Shown: one piece after another, positions 53,172 through 64,000 of the stretch
Layout: the number at the start of each line of letters is the position of its first letter
Position numbering within the stretch: position 1 is the first letter of the stretch
Origin: Deltaproteobacteria bacterium
GTDB lineage: Bacteria > Desulfobacterota > Desulfuromonadia > Geobacterales > Geobacteraceae
NCBI GenBank assembly: GCA_021848385.1
Contig: JAJZUQ010000007.1
Span: 16,389-80,388 of the forward strand
Length of the DNA stretch: 64,000 nucleotides
Direction of reading: 5' to 3'
Program-made: the position numbers and the translations under genes
The notes under the pieces: model-generated
Seen by the model: only the letters and a program-made list of their open reading frames with translations
The model's database searches: none
What the model was told of the DNA's origin: nothing

Positions 53172-54409
53172 AGATTGTCACCCTTTCCATCGGTGACGAG
53201 CTGATGTACGGTGAGGTCGTGGATACCAATGCGGCCCGGATCGCCGAGCGGCTCTATGGCGCTGGGCTGACGGTGCAGCGGCACCTGACCGTCGGCGATA
53301 GGGAGCCCGATATCGTGGAGGCACTTGAGTTCCTGTCCGATAAGAGCGATGCGATCATCGTCACCGGGGGGCTCGGTCCCACCATTGACGATATTACCGC
53401 CCGCGCTGCCGCCAAGGCGACTGGCCGGCGGCTGGTGCTGAACGACGAGGCGCTGCTTCACCTCAAAGAGGTAGGCGAAAAACTGGGGGGGAATCTCCAC
53501 CCACAGAACGAAAAACAGGCCCTCATGCCGACCAAGTCGACCTTGATCCCCAACCCTGTCGGTACGGCCTGCGGCTTTCATCTCATCCATCAGGGGGGGT
53601 ACCTCTTCTTCCTGCCGGGGGTTCCGGGAGAGATGGTCCGGATGCTGGATGAGACAGTCATCCCCTTCCTGCTGGAGAGAAACAGGCACCGGAAGGTGGT
53701 CCGGACCCGGGTCCTGAAGGTGTTCGGCCCCTCCGAAGCGGAGGTCGATTTCCTTCTCAAGGAGCTGGCAGCGGTTAACGTAGGGATAACGGTGGCCTTC
53801 ACCGTCATCTTTCCCGAAATTCACGTCAAGCTCCGGGCTGAGGGGGAGAGTGAGGCGACCGTCGCCGATCTCTTGGAGCGGGCCATGACAGAGGCCCGGG
53901 AGAAGCTCAAAGGTGTGGTTTTCGCCGAGGATGAAGCCACCATGGACAGCGTGGTGGCCGGGCTGTTCCGGGAGAAGGGGGTCACCCTGTCCCTTGCCGA
54001 GTCCTGTACCGGTGGACTGGTGGCTAAACGGATTACCGACCAGCCGGGGAGTTCGGCCTATTTCCTCGAAGGTGTGGTGACGTACACCAATGCCGCCAAG
54101 ACCAGGTATCTGGAAGTCCCTCCCCGGCTCCTGGCGGAGAAGGGTGCGGTCAGCGGCGAGGTAGCCATGGCCATGGCGAAGGGGATGCGGCGGGTGAGCG
54201 GCAGCGACGTAGCCCTTGCCGTAACGGGGATTGCAGGCCCGGACGGTGGAACCCCGGAAAAACCGGTCGGCACGGTCTTTATCGCCCTTGCGAGCCGGGC
54301 CGGTTGTCATGCCAAGCGCTATACCTTCCATGGCGACCGGGAGGAAATCAGGACGATTACCGCGTTGACGGCCATGAATTGGCTGCGGCGCCAGTTGTTG
54401 ACCCCGTAA
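53168..54409 (+). CDS. cinA: competence/damage-inducible protein CinA (with PncC domain)
   Basis: IGDELMYGEVVDTN, TGGLGPTIDD, AESCTGG, TGIAGPDGG. Confidence 0.95.
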   Translation: MKIVTLSIGDELMYGEVVDTNAARIAERLYGAGLTVQRHLTVGDREPDIVEALEFLSDKSDAIIVTGGLGPTIDDITARAAAKATGRRLVLNDEALLHLKEVGEKLGGNLHPQNEKQALMPTKSTLIPNPVGTACGFHLIHQGGYLFFLPGVPGEMVRMLDETVIPFLLERNRHRKVVRTRVLKVFGPSEAEVDFLLKELAAVNVGITVAFTVIFPEIHVKLRAEGESEATVADLLERAMTEAREKLKGVVFAEDEATMDSVVAGLFREKGVTLSLAESCTGGLVAKRITDQPGSSAYFLEGVVTYTNAAKTRYLEVPPRLLAEKGAVSGEVAMAMAKGMRRVSGSDVALAVTGIAGPDGGTPEKPVGTVFIALASRAGCHAKRYTFHGDREEIRTITALTAMNWLRRQLLTP

Positions 54410-54463
54410 TACATCAAACGTCAGTGTTTTCAGCTCGCCGGTTGCCCGGTGGGGAGCGGTGCC

Positions 54464-56563
54464 ATGACGACTGCCAGCGCAACAACCCAAAAGATTCTCA
54501 AACGGTTTCTCGGACTGATCCTGATTAGCGTCGCCCTGGAGACGCTTTTCTACCTTTCCCGCCTCCCCTCTCCCGTCATATCACGCCTGCTCGGGCTGAC
54601 TACACTCCTCGGCCTGGTGACGGCGGTAGTGCTGCTGGTAGTGTCCGAAAGAAGAAAGGTGCAGCTTGCCGCGACCGCCCATTCCCTGGAAATCATGGAG
54701 ATGCAACGGGAAGTGGACAAGACCGTCATCCGCTACAAGTCCCTGCTGGAAGGGGCCGGCAATGCAATCTTCGTTTTTAACGCCGAAAGCGGCATTCTTG
54801 AGGAGGTGAACCGGCGGGGAACGGAGATGTTCGGCTATGGTCCGGAGGAGTTGGTATCCCTGCACGGCAAGGATCTGGTGGCGGAGGATGTGCAGGATAA
54901 GTTCATCTCGCTGGTCCTGCGGGTCAGGCGGCGAGGGAGGGTCCGGGCCGGCGGCATAACCTTCCGGAGGAGAAACGGCGAACAGTTTCTCGGTGAGATA
55001 GAAGCCCGCCTCATTGATCTCGGCGACGAAAAGGTAGTCCATACCATCGTCAGGGATGTTACCCAGAAATACCGTTCCGAGCGTGAGATCCGGCAGCGGA
55101 ACCGGCAGCTTTTCCTTCTCAACAGTATCGTAGCAAGGGCCAACCAGAGTCTCGACCTGCCGATGGTTCTCACGGTGGCCCTCACGGAAAACCTGGAGGT
55201 GTTCGGTGCCGAGGCGGGGATAATCCACCTCTTGGGAGAGGACGGCAGATCCCTCCGGCTTGGTGTCAAACATAACCTGCCGGATGAGTTCGCCGTCCAG
55301 GCGGGACGGGACGATCTGCACTGCGGCGGCCCCTGCCAGGTCATGGCAACCCAGCACTGTCATGCTCTCTCCGACCTGCATGAGATCCCCTGCCGGATGG
55401 GACAACTGGCCGTCGCCGATGGCTGGTGCACCATGGTCGGGCTTCCCCTCTTTGCCAAGAGCCGGCTCATCGGCATCATGCACGTCATGTCCCATACCCG
55501 GCGGACCTATTCCCCGGAAGAACTCACCTTCGGCACCACCATCGGGAACCAGATCGGCATCGTCATCGAGCACGCCATTCTGTTCGCCGAACTGAACCTG
55601 AAGACCGACGAACTGCTCCGCTCCCACCGGCTGCTTGAAAAAAACAGCCGGCAGCTCGCCCTCTCCCAGCATCGTCTCAAGCAGAACCTTGCTCTTATCG
55701 AACAGGCAAACCTGGACCTGGAACGACTGGACCGGATGAAAACCCACTTCCTCGGATTGATCTCACATGAGTTCCGGACCCCCCTGACCGGTATACTAGG
55801 CAGTGCCGAATACCTGTTGGAGAATTGCGACGAAACCCGTGAGGAACGGCAGCTGCTGGAGATGATCCACCAAGGGGGGACGCGCCTCAACGAGATCGTC
55901 ACCAATCTCCTCAAGGTTGCCCGGCTGGAATCCAATGCCGCCACCATGACCAGGACGACCCTCCATCTGCAGGAGGTCCTCGGCCTGGTGGTCTCCCAGT
56001 TCGAACCGCTTCTGGCGGAGAGGGGACAGTCCATAGAGACCCGTGGTGTGGAGTCCCTTCCCCATTTCTCCGGCGACCGGGAATACCTGACGGACATTTT
56101 CGTTGAACTGCTTGAAAATGCGATTAAATTTACCCCCGATGGTGGAGAGGTCGTAATTGCTGCCCAAGTAGTCGACCGGGCCGGGCTGACCGGTAAGGCG
56201 GAAACCCTTTGTCGCTTCAACCCCCAGTTCTTCGATCAGATGGGGCACTCCTGCTACCTGCAGGTGGCGGTACAGGACAGCGGCATCGGCATTGACGACG
56301 ATGAACAGCTGACAATATTCGAGAAATTTTACGGGATCGGCGACATACGTCACCATACAAGTGGCCGGCACAAATTCAAGGGGAAGGGGCCCGGCCTTGG
56401 CCTGGCCATCGTCAAGGGGATGGTGGAAGCCCAGGGAGGCATGGTCTGGGTGGAAAGCCCCTTCACGGATGCTGGCGGGGAATTGGGAAGCGCCTTCATT
56501 TTCCTCCTCCCCATGGAGGAAGGGAGTAGCCAGCTCGGGCTGCCATTCATGCGCGCCGAATAA
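54464..56563 (+). CDS. membrane sensor histidine kinase (2 TM, PAS, GAF, HisKA, HATPase)
   Basis: ISHEFRTPL H-box, LLENAIKF N-box, DSGIGI, GPGLGLAIV. Confidence 0.92.
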   Translation: MTTASATTQKILKRFLGLILISVALETLFYLSRLPSPVISRLLGLTTLLGLVTAVVLLVVSERRKVQLAATAHSLEIMEMQREVDKTVIRYKSLLEGAGNAIFVFNAESGILEEVNRRGTEMFGYGPEELVSLHGKDLVAEDVQDKFISLVLRVRRRGRVRAGGITFRRRNGEQFLGEIEARLIDLGDEKVVHTIVRDVTQKYRSEREIRQRNRQLFLLNSIVARANQSLDLPMVLTVALTENLEVFGAEAGIIHLLGEDGRSLRLGVKHNLPDEFAVQAGRDDLHCGGPCQVMATQHCHALSDLHEIPCRMGQLAVADGWCTMVGLPLFAKSRLIGIMHVMSHTRRTYSPEELTFGTTIGNQIGIVIEHAILFAELNLKTDELLRSHRLLEKNSRQLALSQHRLKQNLALIEQANLDLERLDRMKTHFLGLISHEFRTPLTGILGSAEYLLENCDETREERQLLEMIHQGGTRLNEIVTNLLKVARLESNAATMTRTTLHLQEVLGLVVSQFEPLLAERGQSIETRGVESLPHFSGDREYLTDIFVELLENAIKFTPDGGEVVIAAQVVDRAGLTGKAETLCRFNPQFFDQMGHSCYLQVAVQDSGIGIDDDEQLTIFEKFYGIGDIRHHTSGRHKFKGKGPGLGLAIVKGMVEAQGGMVWVESPFTDAGGELGSAFIFLLPMEEGSSQLGLPFMRAE

Positions 56564-56892
56564 GCCTTTGAGGTATCCCTTGCCCGAAATCTGCAGTTGT
56601 GTCTACCTGAGGAATCGCCCACCGAATAACCTGTTCACCCTTGCAGGCAAAGATAATGTTGAAAACCGAGTGCTAACTATGCTAGTTTTCACCGGGAAAC
56701 GGTTTTTTCGCCCTGGCGATGCCGGTACTCATGATTGTCTGTGCAGCGTACCTGTGAACGCCCCCACGCAACCATGTGATTTCCCTGTCAGGTTGAAAAT
56801 TCCGTGGTTTTCGTTGTGGAAACTATCTGGGGGTTCGTTTTTCCGATCAGGATGGTCTGGCTGACATCTATTCAAACCGAGGAGGCCAGTAT

Positions 56893-57909
56893 ATGCAGGA
56901 TAGAGAGAAGGCGATTGACCTGGCGTTGAGCCAGATCGAGAAGCAGTTTGGCAAAGGCGCCATCATGCGGCTCGGCAAGGAAGAGCCGTTACCGGACATC
57001 GCCGCCATATCCACCGGTGCCATATCCCTCGACATGGCCCTTGGTGTCGGCGGGGTCCCCCGCGGGAGGATCATCGAGGTCTTCGGCCCCGAATCGTCGG
57101 GCAAGACAACCCTGGCCCTCCATATCGTGGCGGAAGCCCAGAAACAGGGGGGTATTGCCGCATTCGTGGATGCGGAACATGCCCTGGATATCGGCTATGC
57201 CCGCAAGCTTGGGGTCCGGACGGACGATCTGCTCGTGTCCCAGCCTGACACGGGGGAGCAGGCCCTGGAAATCACGGAAACCCTTGTCAGAAGCGGTGCC
57301 ATAGATGTGCTTGTCATAGATTCAGTGGCGGCACTGGTTCCCAAGGCTGAGATCGAGGGGGACATGGGTGATTCCCACATGGGACTCCAGGCCCGCCTCA
57401 TGTCCCAGGCGCTGCGCAAACTTACCGCTATCATATCCAAGTCCAATTGCTGTGTAATCTTCATCAATCAGATCCGGATGAAGATCGGGGTGATGTTCGG
57501 CAACCCTGAAACGACGACCGGCGGCAATGCCCTCAAGTTCTACGCATCGGTGCGGATGGATATCCGGAAGATCGCCAGCCTCAAGCAGGGGAATGACGTC
57601 ATCGGGTCGAGGACCCGGGTCAAGGTGGTGAAGAACAAGGTGGCTCCCCCCTTCCGGGAGGTGGAATTCGATATCCTCTACGGCGAGGGGATTTCCCGCG
57701 AGGGGGATATCCTCGATATGGCGGTGGAAAAGAATATCATCGAGAAGAGCGGCGCCTGGTTCTCCTACGGCAAGGAACGGATCGGCCAGGGGCGTGAAAA
57801 CTCCCGCCTGTTCCTCAAGGAACACCCGGAAATGGTGACGGAAATCGAAACAAGACTGCTCAGCGAACTGGGGCTCACCCGTGCCGCAGTTGCAGAAGCG
57901 AAGGTGTAG
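56893..57909 (+). CDS. recA: recombinase RecA
   Basis: [35 protein letters not shown]; GGAGG RBS. Confidence 0.99.
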   Translation: MQDREKAIDLALSQIEKQFGKGAIMRLGKEEPLPDIAAISTGAISLDMALGVGGVPRGRIIEVFGPESSGKTTLALHIVAEAQKQGGIAAFVDAEHALDIGYARKLGVRTDDLLVSQPDTGEQALEITETLVRSGAIDVLVIDSVAALVPKAEIEGDMGDSHMGLQARLMSQALRKLTAIISKSNCCVIFINQIRMKIGVMFGNPETTTGGNALKFYASVRMDIRKIASLKQGNDVIGSRTRVKVVKNKVAPPFREVEFDILYGEGISREGDILDMAVEKNIIEKSGAWFSYGKERIGQGRENSRLFLKEHPEMVTEIETRLLSELGLTRAAVAEAKV

Positions 57910-57912
57910 ACC

Positions 57913-59076
57913 ATGGATCTTAACGAGATACTGACCATTGCCGTCAAGGCGCGCGGCTCCGATGTGCACATCAAATCCGGCCTTCCCCCTATCGTCCGGA
58001 TCGACGGCAAGCTGCGGCCCATTCCCAATGCCCCCCGGCTTTCTCCCGACATGGTTGCCGACATGGCCCACGGCATTATGAACGAAAAGCAGCGGAAGCA
58101 GTTCGAGGACAACTACGAGACCGACCTTGCGTACGGCGTGCCGGGACTGGGGCGGTTCCGGGTCAGCGTGTATTCACAGCGCGGCAGCGTCGCCATGGTG
58201 TTCCGGTCCATTCCCTTCGGCATTCCCTCCATAGACTCCCTCAATCTGCCGCCGGCCCTCAAGAAGCTTGCCATGGAGGAACGCGGCCTGATCCTGGTCA
58301 CCGGCACTACCGGGAGCGGCAAGTCCACCACCTTGGCGTCCATGGTCGATTACATCAACGACAACAAGACCTGCAATGTCATAACCGTCGAGGACCCGGT
58401 TGAGTACCTCCACAAGGACAAGAAGAGCATCGTCAGCCAGCGGGAAGTCGGTTTCGACACCGCATCGTTCGGCAATGCCCTCCGGAGTGCCCTGCGCCAG
58501 GATCCTGACGTCATCCTGGTGGGGGAGATGCGCGACCTGGAGACCATCGAGACAGCACTGACCGCTTCCGAAACGGGGCACCTCGTCATGTCCACCCTCC
58601 ACACCCTGGATGCCGCCGAGACCGTCAACCGGATCATTTCCGTATTCCCCCCGTTCCAACAGCGGCAGATCCGGATGCAGCTCTCAGGTGTCATCAAGGG
58701 GGTCGTTTCCCAGCGCCTCGTCCCCCGGGCCGATGGGAAGGGGAGGGTGCCGGCTGTCGAGGTGATGATCGGCACCGCCCGGATTCGCGAATGTATCGAT
58801 GACAAGGAAAAGACCAAGCAGATCCCCGAGGCGATCTCCCAGGGGTTTGTCTCCTACGGGATGCAGTCCTTCGACCAGTCCCTCATGCAGCTCTACTCGA
58901 ACAAGCTGATTACTTACGAAGAGGCGCTGCGCCAGTCGAGCAACCCCGACGACTTTGCCCTCAAGGTCTCCGGTATCTCCTCCACCTCCAATTCCAGTTG
59001 GGACCAGTTTGGCGGCGAGGGGGGTGAAGGCGGCGAGGGGGGCGAAGGGGACGACCTCAAGGTGGACAAGTACTGA
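57913..59076 (+). CDS. PilT/PilU family type IV pilus retraction ATPase
   Basis: VTGTTGSGKSTT, TVEDPVE, ALRQDPDVILVGEMRD, GHLVMSTLHT. Confidence 0.93.
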   Translation: MDLNEILTIAVKARGSDVHIKSGLPPIVRIDGKLRPIPNAPRLSPDMVADMAHGIMNEKQRKQFEDNYETDLAYGVPGLGRFRVSVYSQRGSVAMVFRSIPFGIPSIDSLNLPPALKKLAMEERGLILVTGTTGSGKSTTLASMVDYINDNKTCNVITVEDPVEYLHKDKKSIVSQREVGFDTASFGNALRSALRQDPDVILVGEMRDLETIETALTASETGHLVMSTLHTLDAAETVNRIISVFPPFQQRQIRMQLSGVIKGVVSQRLVPRADGKGRVPAVEVMIGTARIRECIDDKEKTKQIPEAISQGFVSYGMQSFDQSLMQLYSNKLITYEEALRQSSNPDDFALKVSGISSTSNSSWDQFGGEGGEGGEGGEGDDLKVDKY

Positions 59077-59077
59077 C

Positions 59078-59539
59078 ATGGACCTGGCGCAGCAGGCTTT
59101 TGCCGCCGCGCTGCGGATACTTTCCCGGCGTGACCACAGCGAAGCCGAGCTGCGCCGCAAGCTTGCGGACCGGGACTACCATGGTGACGTCCAGGATGTG
59201 GTTGTCGCCCGGCTCAAGGGGCTGGGGTACCTGGATGACCGGCGATCCGCACGGCTGTGGGCAGAATCGGCGGTGCGCAACGGCAGGGGGTTTGGGCCGA
59301 AACTGCGGATGGAGCTGGTGCGGCGTGGTTTTCCTCCCGAGATTGTGGCGGAAGTCCTGGCCGGAATTGCGGCGAGCAACGATGAGCGGGAACTGGTCAG
59401 GGATATTCTGGCCAGGAAGTTTCCTTCCTTCGATCCGGTGACGGCGTCGGACCGTGAGCGGCTTCGGGTCATGGGGTACTTGCAGCGGCGCGGTTTTTCT
59501 GCCGGATTGCTGTTCAGAATACTGCGGTATGACGAATGA
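59078..59539 (+). CDS. recX: regulatory protein RecX
   Basis: LSRRDHSEAEL, GYLDD, GPKLRMELVRRG, YLQRRGF. Confidence 0.9.
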   Translation: MDLAQQAFAAALRILSRRDHSEAELRRKLADRDYHGDVQDVVVARLKGLGYLDDRRSARLWAESAVRNGRGFGPKLRMELVRRGFPPEIVAEVLAGIAASNDERELVRDILARKFPSFDPVTASDRERLRVMGYLQRRGFSAGLLFRILRYDE

Positions 59540-59594
59540 AGGGTTGCTGGATCGGCGCCCTTTTTTTAACTTTATTTGATTGGCAGGGGTGGAC

Positions 59595-62237
59595 ATGACA
59601 GGAAAAGAAATCAGAGCGCGTTTTCTCCAATACTTTCAGGAGCGCGGGCATGCGGTGGTGGCGAGTTCCAGCCTGATTCCCCACAACGACCCGACCCTCC
59701 TCTTTACCAATGCGGGTATGAACCAGTTCAAGGACTGTTTCCTTGGGCTGGAAAAACGTGACTACATCAGGGCATGCAGCTCCCAGAAATGCGTCAGGGC
59801 CGGCGGCAAGCACAACGACCTGGAAAACGTAGGGCGAACGGCTCGTCACCATACGTTTTTCGAGATGCTCGGCAACTTCTCTTTCGGTGACTATTTCAAG
59901 AAAGAGGCCATCGCCTTCGCCTGGGAGTTCCTTACCAAGGAGCTCGGGCTGGACAAGGACCGTCTCTACGTGACCGTCTACCAGGACGACGACGAAGCGG
60001 CAGACATCTGGCACCTGCAGGAAGGGGTGCCGCGGGAACGGATCTACCGTTTCGGCGAGAAGGACAACTTCTGGTCAATGGGTGATACGGGTCCCTGTGG
60101 CCCCTGTTCCGAGATATTCTGGGACAACGGTCCCGGCACCGGCTGTGGCAGCCCGACCTGCACGGTCGGGTGCGATTGTGACCGGTACATGGAGATATGG
60201 AACAATGTCTTCATGCAGTTCAACCGGTCAGCCGACGGGATTCTGACCCCCCTCCCCAAACCCTCTGTCGATACCGGCATGGGGCTGGAGCGGATCTGTA
60301 CGGTCATGCAGGGGGTTACCACCAACTACGATACCGACCTCCTCCAGGGGATCATCCAGTATGTGGCCAGGCTTTCCGGCAAGCAGTACGGGGCGGACGA
60401 ACGGGATTCCGTCTCCATGCGGGTCATTGCCGACCACGCCCGGGCCGTCACCTTCCTGATCTGCGACGGGGCTCTGCCGAGCAATGAGGGACGCGGGTAC
60501 GTACTGCGCCGCATCATGCGTCGGGCCGCCCGCCATGCCAAGATGCTCGGCTTCAGCGAACCGGTGCTCTACCGGACGGTTGACGCGGTTAACGCCCTGT
60601 TGGGCGAGGCTTTTCCGGAGCTGCTGGAGCGTGAAAGCTATATCAAGAAGGTGATTCTGGCGGAGGAGGAACGGTTCGCCGAAACCCTCGACCGGGGACT
60701 TGCCATTCTCAACGATGAGGTCGCGGGGTTGAAGAGGTCGGGCCAGACCATTCTTTCCGGCGAGGCGGTATTCCGCCTCTATGACACCTTCGGTTTTCCT
60801 GTCGATCTGACGGCCGATATCATTGCAGCAGAAGGTATGACCGTGGATGAGGACGGGTTTGCCCTTGCCATGGAACGCCAGCGGAACCAGGCTCGGGAAA
60901 ACTGGAAGGGATCGGGTGAAGAGGGGATCGCAGAAGTGTACAAGACCCTCCATGGCCAGGGGCTTCGCTCCATCTTCACCGGCTACGACGAGCAGACCTC
61001 TTACGGAGTGGTCTCCACGCTCATCAGGGGTGGCGAAGTGGTCAACGAGGCGAGCAGTGGGGATGTGGTGGATGTGGTCACCGATAAGACCCCTTTTTAC
61101 GGAGCTTCGGGGGGGCAGGGGGGTGACAGTGGTACCATTTCCACCGGCAGTGCCCACCTGAAGGTTGCGACGGCACTGCGACCCTACCCGGACCTGATCG
61201 TCCACAGAGGCGTGGTGAAGGACGGGACCATACGGGTCGGCGACGCGGTCGACCTGCGGGTGAAGGTTCCCGAGCGGCTGGCGACGGCTCGAAACCACAC
61301 GGCAACCCATCTTCTCCAGTCGGCACTGCGCCAGGTTCTGGGGGACCACGTGAAACAGGCCGGCTCACTTGTCGAGCCCGAGCGGCTTCGCTTCGACTTC
61401 ACCCACTTCTCCGCCGTGACACCCGACGAATTGCGGCGGGTGGAAGAACTGGTGAACGGTTACATCATGGCCAATGCCCTGGTGGACTCCCAGGAGATGA
61501 CCACCGCCGAGGCGATGGCAAGCGGCGCAACAGCCCTTTTCGGCGAAAAGTACGGCGAACGGGTCAGGGTTGTGGCGGTGGGAGATGTGAGCACCGAACT
61601 CTGCGGAGGCACCCATGTCACCGCGGCCGGCGACATCGGCTTGTTCAAGATCCTCTCCGAGAGCGGGATCGCTGCCGGGGTCAGGAGGATCGAGGCCCTC
61701 ACCGGTACAGGAGCTCTTTCCCATGTCCAGCAGTTAGAGGACGATCTGCAGCGGGTTGCGGTCATGGTAAAAGCCGAGGGGGGGAGCCCTATCGAGAAGG
61801 TGGAACGTCTCCTCGCCCGGCAGAAGGAACTTCAGCGGGAGATAGAAACCCTCCAGGGACGGCTGAATGCCGGTGCGGCGGCCGACCTCCTGGCGGGGGT
61901 CAGGGAGATCGACGGGGTTAAAGTCCTTGTCGCCGACGTCAAGGGAACGGATCCGAAGGGGCTCAGGGAGCTCTCCGACAACCTGAAGGAGCGGCTCGGG
62001 ACGGGGATCATCGTGCTCGGGAGCGCCGGTGACGGCAAGGCCAACCTCCTGGTCGCCGTTTCCCGGGACCTGACGGGCCGGTACAAGGCAGGGGATTTGG
62101 TCAAGGCCCTTGCTCCCCTCATCGGCGGGAGCGGCGGCGGCAAACCGGAGCTGGCCCAGGCAGGTGGCAATCGCCCCGAACAGCTTGCCGCAGCCCTGCA
62201 AGAGGTCTATAATCTGATCAGCCCCACTTCCGCCTGA
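59595..62237 (+). CDS. alaS: alanine--tRNA ligase
   Basis: [42 protein letters not shown]. Confidence 0.98.
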   Translation: MTGKEIRARFLQYFQERGHAVVASSSLIPHNDPTLLFTNAGMNQFKDCFLGLEKRDYIRACSSQKCVRAGGKHNDLENVGRTARHHTFFEMLGNFSFGDYFKKEAIAFAWEFLTKELGLDKDRLYVTVYQDDDEAADIWHLQEGVPRERIYRFGEKDNFWSMGDTGPCGPCSEIFWDNGPGTGCGSPTCTVGCDCDRYMEIWNNVFMQFNRSADGILTPLPKPSVDTGMGLERICTVMQGVTTNYDTDLLQGIIQYVARLSGKQYGADERDSVSMRVIADHARAVTFLICDGALPSNEGRGYVLRRIMRRAARHAKMLGFSEPVLYRTVDAVNALLGEAFPELLERESYIKKVILAEEERFAETLDRGLAILNDEVAGLKRSGQTILSGEAVFRLYDTFGFPVDLTADIIAAEGMTVDEDGFALAMERQRNQARENWKGSGEEGIAEVYKTLHGQGLRSIFTGYDEQTSYGVVSTLIRGGEVVNEASSGDVVDVVTDKTPFYGASGGQGGDSGTISTGSAHLKVATALRPYPDLIVHRGVVKDGTIRVGDAVDLRVKVPERLATARNHTATHLLQSALRQVLGDHVKQAGSLVEPERLRFDFTHFSAVTPDELRRVEELVNGYIMANALVDSQEMTTAEAMASGATALFGEKYGERVRVVAVGDVSTELCGGTHVTAAGDIGLFKILSESGIAAGVRRIEALTGTGALSHVQQLEDDLQRVAVMVKAEGGSPIEKVERLLARQKELQREIETLQGRLNAGAAADLLAGVREIDGVKVLVADVKGTDPKGLRELSDNLKERLGTGIIVLGSAGDGKANLLVAVSRDLTGRYKAGDLVKALAPLIGGSGGGKPELAQAGGNRPEQLAAALQEVYNLISPTSA

Positions 62238-62263
62238 CGGCGGAGTCTGTAACCGAGTGAGCC

Positions 62264-63388
62264 ATGCCTGAAACGGACAAACTACAAGCAGGAGACCATG
62301 GATCCCGATCTATTCTGATTGTGGATGATGAGGCGATCATTCGTGACCTCTGCAGCAAGGCACTCAAGGGGTACACGGTGCTGCAGGCGGGAAACGGCAG
62401 GGACGCGCTGGAAATTTTCGCCAGGGGGGGGATCGACGTCGTTCTGACCGACGTGATGATGCCGGGAATGACCGGTATCGAACTTCTGCGACAGCTTAAG
62501 GAAATGGATCCGACCCTCGTGGTCATCGTCATGACCGGTTTTGCGGAGAAGGAGATCATCCTCAATGCCCTCAAGGCGGATGCGGACGACTTCATCTCCA
62601 AGCCGCTCAACCTTCTCCAGCTCAAGACCGCCGTGGATAAAGCGCTGGACAAGAAGGCCCTCAAGGAAGAAGTTGCCAACCTGAAGAATCTGGACCGTCT
62701 GAAGTCCAATTTTCTCTCGCTCATTTCCCATAAATTCCGTACCCCCATTACGAGCATCTCCCTCTTTCTCCAGAACCTCTCCAGCGGGATCTATGATCCC
62801 GACAATCCGGAAAGCCGCCGCAACCTGAGTTTGGTCTACGAAGAGTCCTGCTACCTGGAGCGGCTGGTGGCCGATCTTCTTGCCTTTACCCAGGTGATGG
62901 ATACGGGGGGACTCCGGCCCGAGCCGGTCCTGCTCAGCGACCTGGTCATGGAGGCCCTCCAGGGATCGAGTGAAGCGTTCCGCAGACCGGCAGTGGAAAC
63001 CTGTTTCAATCTTGAGCCGCTCCCCGAACTCCTCTTTGACCGGGAGAAGATCGCTTTTGCCGTCAAACAGGTGGTCGACAACGCCTACAAGTTTTCCCGG
63101 GAGACCGGGAAAGTGACTATTTCGCTGGCTCTGGACGGCGATGTCTGCAGGTTCACGGTTGAGGACGAGGGGGAAGGGGTTGCCCGGGAGGAACTCCCCA
63201 AGCTGTTCGAGAAGTTCTACCAGGTTGATATTGCCAAGACCGGCCAGATTCGCGGGTTTGGTCTCGGCCTCTACTACGCGCGGCAGTTTGTCCGTCTCCA
63301 TGAGGGCACCATCTCCATCGAGAGTGAACCGGGGCGCGGCACCCGGGTCACCATCGTCCTTCCGGCCCACCCTCCCCAGCAGTCCTGA
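62264..63388 (+). CDS. hybrid response regulator-histidine kinase (REC, HisKA, HATPase)
   Basis: LIVDDE, LTDVMMP, ISKP receiver motifs; ISHKFRTP, DNAYKFS, GFGLGL. Confidence 0.92.
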   Translation: MPETDKLQAGDHGSRSILIVDDEAIIRDLCSKALKGYTVLQAGNGRDALEIFARGGIDVVLTDVMMPGMTGIELLRQLKEMDPTLVVIVMTGFAEKEIILNALKADADDFISKPLNLLQLKTAVDKALDKKALKEEVANLKNLDRLKSNFLSLISHKFRTPITSISLFLQNLSSGIYDPDNPESRRNLSLVYEESCYLERLVADLLAFTQVMDTGGLRPEPVLLSDLVMEALQGSSEAFRRPAVETCFNLEPLPELLFDREKIAFAVKQVVDNAYKFSRETGKVTISLALDGDVCRFTVEDEGEGVAREELPKLFEKFYQVDIAKTGQIRGFGLGLYYARQFVRLHEGTISIESEPGRGTRVTIVLPAHPPQQS

Positions 63389-63536
63389 TACGAACCCCTT
63401 CTGTCCCACTCCTTTGACCCGAAGGGTGCAAGTGTCGTGCTAACCCCTCTTTGCTGTTGATTATTTGGGCTTTTCTGCTATAGTTACAACTTTCAGTCGC
63501 GGCCGCCGGTGGCTCAACCGCCTACGCCGACTGTAA

Positions 63537-64000
<464 letters not shown>

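Noticed and set aside
56668-56676. GAGTGCTAA upstream of recA, identical to a CIRCE half-site
   Set aside because: There is no TTAGCACTC partner 9 nt upstream, and a lone half-site is not an HrcA operator.
56564-56892. Possible SOS box or 167-aa ORF (56361-56864) in the long recA upstream region
   Set aside because: No CTGT-N8-ACAG, GAAC-N4-GTTC or GGTT-N2-C-N4-G-N3-ACC match was seen by eye. The ORF overlaps the kinase, has no motif, and only weak GAAAA/TTTTC inverted pairs are present.

Overview
A GC-rich bacterial chromosome segment made almost entirely of housekeeping genes. Gene content and order (mfd-PPIases, nadA-tol/pal, hemW-hrcA-grpE-dnaK-dnaJ, cinA-kinase-recA-pilT-recX-alaS-argB) resemble Geobacteraceae / Desulfuromonadia; this is inferred from recalled synteny, not from a search. 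I found no rRNA, tRNA, CRISPR array, prophage or classical transposase. The unexplained signal is at the gene junctions. An AT-richer GxxExxY (PD-(D/E)xK nuclease-like) gene at 5423-5803 is bracketed by 25-bp inverted arms built from an 8-nt unit. At least six gene-less inverted-repeat elements lie at other junctions: 7-nt-unit arrays at 3022-3097 and 48856-48985, a 9-nt-unit element at 15301-15470, 169-bp and 118-bp long hairpins at 20945-21113 and 36486-36603, and a double hairpin at 46757-46844. One repeat-like fragment appears to sit in frame inside uvrA. My best candidate for an undescribed system is a transposase-free mobile or selfish element family, with a small nuclease gene between periodic inverted arms plus non-autonomous empty copies. 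Also notable are a YeeE/TusA sulfur-transport module linked to a frameshifted, output-less PAS protein, and a CIRCE operator upstream of hrcA. All alignments were done by eye.
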